NCBI GenBank assembly: GCA_951406725.2
Contig: OX597814.1
Span: 68,820,001-68,884,000, forward strand
DNA: 64,000 nt
Direction: 5' to 3'
Origin: Octopus vulgaris
Taxonomy: Eukaryota
Positions 58,130-64,000 of this stretch are shown here, one piece after another. Below the pieces are notes generated by a model. That model made no database searches. It was not told where the DNA came from and saw nothing but the letters and a program-made list of their open reading frames with translations. Made by a program: the position numbers and the translations under genes. The stretch's first letter is position 1, and each line of letters begins with the position of its first letter.

Positions 58130-58348
58130 GAAAAATTCAAGAGAGAATTTCTTCAGCTCTGCAAAGTATGTTGGAGAAGAAGAACTAAAAGGGACATGAT
58201 GACGCTTGAATATTTAGACAGCGTACAGCATACAGGAAAATTCAGCATTGCTGCTAATGGCAACAGAAGTAGGTTGCTCCATGAAAGATCCTGTCAGACT
58301 CGCTATACTTCTGTTGAAACCGACTATACAGAACAAAGCATGGTATGA
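58130..58348 (+). CDS. Lkr: Terminal coding exon of the leucokinin-receptor-like GPCR (helix 8 and C-tail)
   Basis: Acceptor ttttcttcgacag|, phase 0, matching the donor at 26460. Encodes EKFKREFLQLCKVCWRRRTK...QTRYTSVETDYTEQSMV*, so the join reads NPFIYGLLN|EKFKREF. Confidence 0.85.
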   Translation, partial: EKFKREFLQLCKVCWRRRTKRDMMTLEYLDSVQHTGKFSIAANGNRSRLLHERSCQTRYTSVETDYTEQSMV

Positions 58349-59360
58349 AATGTAATTCAAATGAAAGAAAAGCACACAACTATGAACTGAAAAATATTCG
58401 CTAAAAGACACCCGATAAAGTATTCGCTACAATACATCTGGACACAAAATTAAACATTTATACTTGTCGTGGCATAATTAGCAAATTGAATTTTATTTAG
58501 AATACCTCAATAATTTGATACGAATAATAAACCTACAAATTGTACAAATAAGTAAAGTAATTACAGCTAAAAATAAACTAATAAGTATGTGATTACAATA
58601 AGAATTGGATTGGATTAAATTTCAATAAAACAAGATTAATTTAAAGTAAATCATAAAAAAAGAAATAAAAACTTAGAAAAAGAAAGAAATTAGTGGTCGA
58701 TTAGTACAATATTGAATGGTTATACGAATGAAGAATTTGACTTCGAAATGGAACGCGAACAACGCAATTTATTCATATATCTAAGAATGCAAGTAACACC
58801 TTCATCACTGCCCTTTTTATCCAAACATCCGCGCAATAGAAAATCTAGTTCCTAAATCGCTTTCAAATTATTGCAGCAGTTTTTCTGAATTGGTAGGGTA
58901 TACCTTAAATCTTCAAATACTCGGTCGATGTTCTGTCGTATTTCAGTACATGATACATTATAACTTGTAACTCACTTCATCTGCTTGTTTAATTGATACT
59001 TGCGTTAAACTTGCATCCTATCCATGTTCTTCGACACGGCGGGGCTATAACCGAAAGAAAATAGTATTAACGCATAATTTTCCTAGTTTAATTGCTTCTT
59101 ATACTGGGTCATGTTCTTTCTTAAATTTCCAATGTGTGATATATTTTATTTTCAATTGTTGATTACCTGTTCATGGTCAATGTATTTAGTTGAATTTATT
59201 CAGTTATTGAAACTAAAACGTTATACACTTCTGGCGGAATGAAACATTTTCTTCGTGTACACTCCAGAATATATTTATATGTATATACGTATGCATGTTC
59301 CTGTGCCCAAGTATACATATATGCATGCATGAAAATGTATATTTTTGTGTATATTGGTGA

Positions 59361-59434
<74 letters not shown>

Positions 59435-59689
59435 TTGATTAAAAAAACAAACAGGTTTCACATTAAGTTCTCCGCCAATTGCATGGCTGGCATGAATGAC
59501 GATGGTAAGAGGTTCGAGTTAACCTTAGCTCTGAAAACCCAGATGGTACAATGGTGGAAGGAATTTATATAAAGAGAACAGGTAAGGGACGTGATGTGAG
59601 AGAGATGTTTATTCCATATATTTACAGCTGTTTCATAATATCAATACACATATGTTTGTATATGTATGTAACATACATACACAAACATA

Positions 59690-61911
59690 TAAATAAATAT
59701 ATATGCGTGTGTATACCCATATACAGAAGGATACAGATATGAGAACCAATAAAATAATCTTCAAAACGATATATGGTGGTTGAAAATATCAATTTTACTA
59801 CAAAGAGACCATATCCACAGGCAATAGATGTACTCATCGTGTTGCTATATGTGATTTACTTTACGGGATCAATGGCTATAGAACAATACATATTAAGAGG
59901 TAAAATATATAAATACAGAAAAATATATAAATACAGTAATTTTTTTTAAAAAACCGAAATAATCGGTAAAAATAAGCTTAAGGCCAAATAATCAGAAAAG
60001 TATTAAAATAAATAATAAAATAATTTTGTCATCGAAAGAAGTTGACGTCGAAGTAAGATGTGGGTACTAAGATAGAAGTAATTTCCAAAGAGAGATAGGT
60101 TGACCAGTCTGGTATTAATTTAGGTGATTACCACAATAAATAAATAAATGGATAATGAAAAGACATATGGTCAGTAGAAAGAAGAGGATATATAGAGTGA
60201 ACAAAGTAAGGTTTAAAAGAAAAATCAGTGGTGGAAAGGGGTGCATAAGTTGGACTTTCACACCCTGCTGGTTTTGAGGGACAGCAGCGTATTTTCACGG
60301 ACAATGATATGGTATCAACTATGAATAATCACAAGCACATTAGCACTCACTTTCTACATCCAGATATAACCATTTCACATATGTATACAAGCACACAGAT
60401 ACAATATAGTACTAAAACCTAATTTCGAAATAAGGGCATAATCGTAGAAGATTAATCATTGTTAATTAAACAAAATGAGAGTATAATCATAATCAGTCGT
60501 CACAAATCCTAGAACTTATTGCACACAAAAAAGAAATAGGGAGACAAAATTCATGCATCTATACTGGTTCAGACTCAATCGAAAAACTGCACTGACGCTC
60601 GTGTGAGTTAATATATTTTCACTATAATTGCGATTACATAAATTGTAAATGGAAACAAGATAAAAGTATACGGATAAATAAACAAATAAAAAATAATTCA
60701 ATCCATAAGGCAAGGTAGATAAGATAACGTAAAATGAGGTGAAAAGACGGGTAGGAAATAAAATCTGGAATTAAGCCACATTTAATATAAACTAATGGTA
60801 GTATTCAAGCATTAGATTATAAGCTAAGGGTAAATAACTGTGGAGGCATACGGAGAAGGTATAATAGAACAAAATGGACAAAGTAAAACATATTTATCTA
60901 AATATTTATAGTTAGTTGATATATTGTGAAATAAAGGTATCCAACAAATCAAAACCCAAACCTAACACTATTTCCTAAGCATAATACTGATCGAAATAGT
61001 TCAGCTGGGGATTAAATAAACTAGTTAGGATAAATAAAGGTAGAAAGGATTAGAAATCTTGAAAAAGTGAAAATGGAGGTTATAGTATCAATGATGGGTT
61101 ATATTTATGAGGCTTCCATTTATAGTAATGTTACTCGAGTAACATTAAGCTACTACCTTAAGTTTTGGTATTGTGTAGGAATGAAATTCGACACAAATGC
61201 GGTCAATTTATTGTTACATCCCTTTTTTGACTGATTATATTCGATTTGCACTTAATTATTTCAAAGGCTTCCGACATGCACAAATTACAAGCAGCATTAT
61301 TACCTTCATATGTTGTGCTTTGCTTATGATGGACCCCGCATTGGTAACCTTTCAAAGGAAACTAGCTTTGTTTCTATCCCTAAAGCTGAAAATATGTTTA
61401 TAATATCTACATCTAAATTTATTTTAGATAAATGCATTCAATTCCTTATGCATGTTCGGAACATTTACATACTACATTATTGCTAAGACAATAGCGGTCT
61501 AGCAGACACTGGAATTTATTTCTACCATTACAAAGATTATTAACTTGATTAGATTGAACTAGTTTAATATGTATATACTACGAATATTAGATCCAGGTGG
61601 GTTGGCGAAATTATTTAATTTGGGGGTTTTAGAAGGGGATTGACTGTGTATTTTTCTATTGTTATATCTAGCTAGGCGCTGAGCAACAAAAGGTGATGTG
61701 GAATAGGCTATGTTAGCCGGCTGCTTATCAAATATCTCCTGTAGGGCTATATGGTGAGAAATCTTTATCCAAGATCTTTTTAAAATTCCGCACCTATATT
61801 AGTTGCTAAATTTAATCTGCATGGTAGATCACACCATATTATGGATCTCTTTTGTAAGAATATAGGTTTTAAATTTACTCTTATTTCTATTATTATTATT
61901 ATTATTATTAT

Positions 61912-61952
<41 letters not shown>

Positions 61953-62790
61953 ACTGTTTTCTTATCATTCACAGTCTTTGAACTGTTATTTATAAATCTA
62001 GTTAAGTTGTTATTATTGACCCCATTACCACTTTTCGGATAAATGCTATTATTATCACTATTATTATATATTATTATTCCTAATGTACTTATTCCTCTTT
62101 CCATTATTGTTCTCATGGTTGTTACTATACTATTATCATTATCAACATTAAATTGATAAATCATCAATGACCTTGAAGATATGCTGGTGTCCTTCAAAAC
62201 CAGCAGGCTGTGAAAGTTCAACAACTCATACAATCCTTTCTGTATCTGATCTTTTTTAAACCCTTTATGGCCTCCTCATCCTATGACCATTTTTGCCTTT
62301 TATTTATTTATTTATTTATTGTGGTAATCACCTAAATTAATACCAGACTGGTCAACCTGTCTCTTTTTCGAAATTAGTTCTACCTTAGTACCCATATCTT
62401 ACTTCGACGCCAACTTCTTTGATAAATTTATTTTATCATTTACTTTTACACATTTTTTTTATTATTTCGTATTTCTTTCTTGGTCATTTTTCCCGATTTT
62501 TTCGTTTTTTGTTGTTTTTTTTTTTTGTTTTATTTTACTGCATTTACATACTGCTTTTCCCTCTGAATTTGTATTGTACTAGGGCCATTGCTTCCGTATA
62601 GTAAATCGCATAGGCAACATTCTGAGCATATCTATTGTCTGTTGGTGTATATAGAGTGTGCTTACCCTCTGTAGTAATCTTCAGAAATAGAGTTAGTGTT
62701 TTCAACCATCATAATGCAGACATCAACTCTACTTCTGAAGATTAGACTGCTGGTTCCCATATATGTACCCTTTAGTACATGAATATACAT
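59690..62790 (-). mobile_element. Highly degraded AT-rich Nematis-like PLE with long inverted termini
   Basis: ~59700-60150 is inverted at ~62305-62790 (best match 60030-60148 vs 62308-62424). Remnants LVLKDTSISS and RSIIWCDLPCRLNLATNIGAEF. Confidence 0.65.
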
Positions 62791-63018
62791 ACGCATGTAT
62801 ATTTATCTATACATATTTGTATATTCATATTTTATGTGCGTTAATATTGGTAGAACATCTATTATATAACTAACAAGATTATGAAACAGCTGTAGACACA
62901 TGGTATAAACTTCTACTTTCTCATCACTTCTCTTCCCTGTTTTATGTATGTATGTATGTATGTATGTATGTATGTATGCATGCATGCATGCATGTATGTA
63001 TGTATGTATGTATGTATG

Positions 63019-63049
<31 letters not shown>

Positions 63050-63524
63050 CAGTCCAGCCTATGGCATAACTCAGAGCAGACTATAAACATTTGATGTAAT
63101 AAACATATTTAAACATTCCTACCAAACGTATTGAGTTGTATATTAGATGTTTGCACTATGTAAAATATTTTGTAGTATGTTTTATACACGCGCGCGCGCA
63201 CGTACAGATACACACACATTATGCATGTGTGTGTGTTTATTAGTTTATTGAAGTGAATGTCATAAATCTACTAAGAATTCCATATGTTCTATTAGATTCC
63301 AAACTGATACCTGAGCCGAAAATTTGTGTTATTCACTGATAATTCAATATTACAAGTTTGTTGACCTACTGTACAGATGAATAGAATTCTTTGTTATTGT
63401 ACTCTTTTCTAAGATTATTTTTTCACCTGTTGATATGTTATGCTCCTTTCAATTCTTTGATACATTAATTTGACAATCTGTATATTAGTTTTATAGCTGT
63501 TCATGTAACATTTTAAGTTTAAAA

Positions 63525-63850
63525 TATTGGGTTGCCAGATAAATTCGTTTATTTTCCATCTAATTTAATCCTTGTTTTTCATCAACAATTTTAGCAAATC
63601 AGTCCAAATATATTCTCCTTCATTTCTACAACTTCTTACCAAAGTTTCACTAGCTTGTATACACACGCCTTAACGGTAGAAATCACAATCTAGACCCAAT
63701 AATTCACCGAACAGCGTTTTCATTGTTGTTGTTGAACGAAACGCCTCGTAGGTAATCATCTGAAGGTGATATGTCAGGAAAATATGGTGGGAGCGATAGA
63801 TCTTCCCAAATGAGCACCTAAAGGGCATTTTTTGTTAAGTTTTCGTGTTT
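63525..63850 (-). pseudogene. Mariner 3' remnant
   Basis: Minus strand WEDLSLPPYFPDISPSDDYL (a YSPDLAPSD-like motif) and a terminal ...CTGGCAACCCAATA. Confidence 0.65.
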
Positions 63851-64000
63851 TAAATGCGCGCTGTGTCACCGGTCGGATTGTTTGGACCTTACTCAGTGAG
63901 TGAAGGTGACGAGTGACGAGTGACGGTATCAAGAGAGCATCCCATCTGCAGGGTCAATTCCCTAATGGATTGGCGCGGAATCCTCGAGGATAAGCTCATT

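Overview
AT-rich, microsatellite-saturated animal genomic DNA. The SINE types and repeat landscape suggest an octopus or other coleoid cephalopod (inference). The only host gene found is a + strand neuropeptide GPCR, most like the leucokinin/lymnokinin receptor: a TM7 exon at 26369-26459 and the last coding exon at 58130-58348, separated by a ~31.7 kb intron. The rest is transposon-derived. Penelope-like retroelements (PLEs; RT plus C-terminal GIY-YIG) of two types dominate: a Neptune-like type (GTAMG motif, Cys linker) and a Nematis-like type (FDIPMG motif). There are also RTE, CR1-like, R4/Dong and L1/Tx1-like LINE pieces, Tc1/mariner elements, a Helitron-like element, MITEs and SINEs. The most notable non-coding signal is more than 15 type I hammerhead ribozyme (HHR) motifs, intact or degenerate. 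Many have a greatly elongated helix II. Most sit in inverted-repeat or palindromic PLE-derived units flanked by (TA)n, one lies inside a TTAA-flanked MITE, and one HHR tandem repeat is interrupted by an ORF1-only retroelement with a 14-bp TSD. All ribozyme and family calls were made by eye, without folding software or database searches. Most ORFs in the supplied track are microsatellite artefacts.
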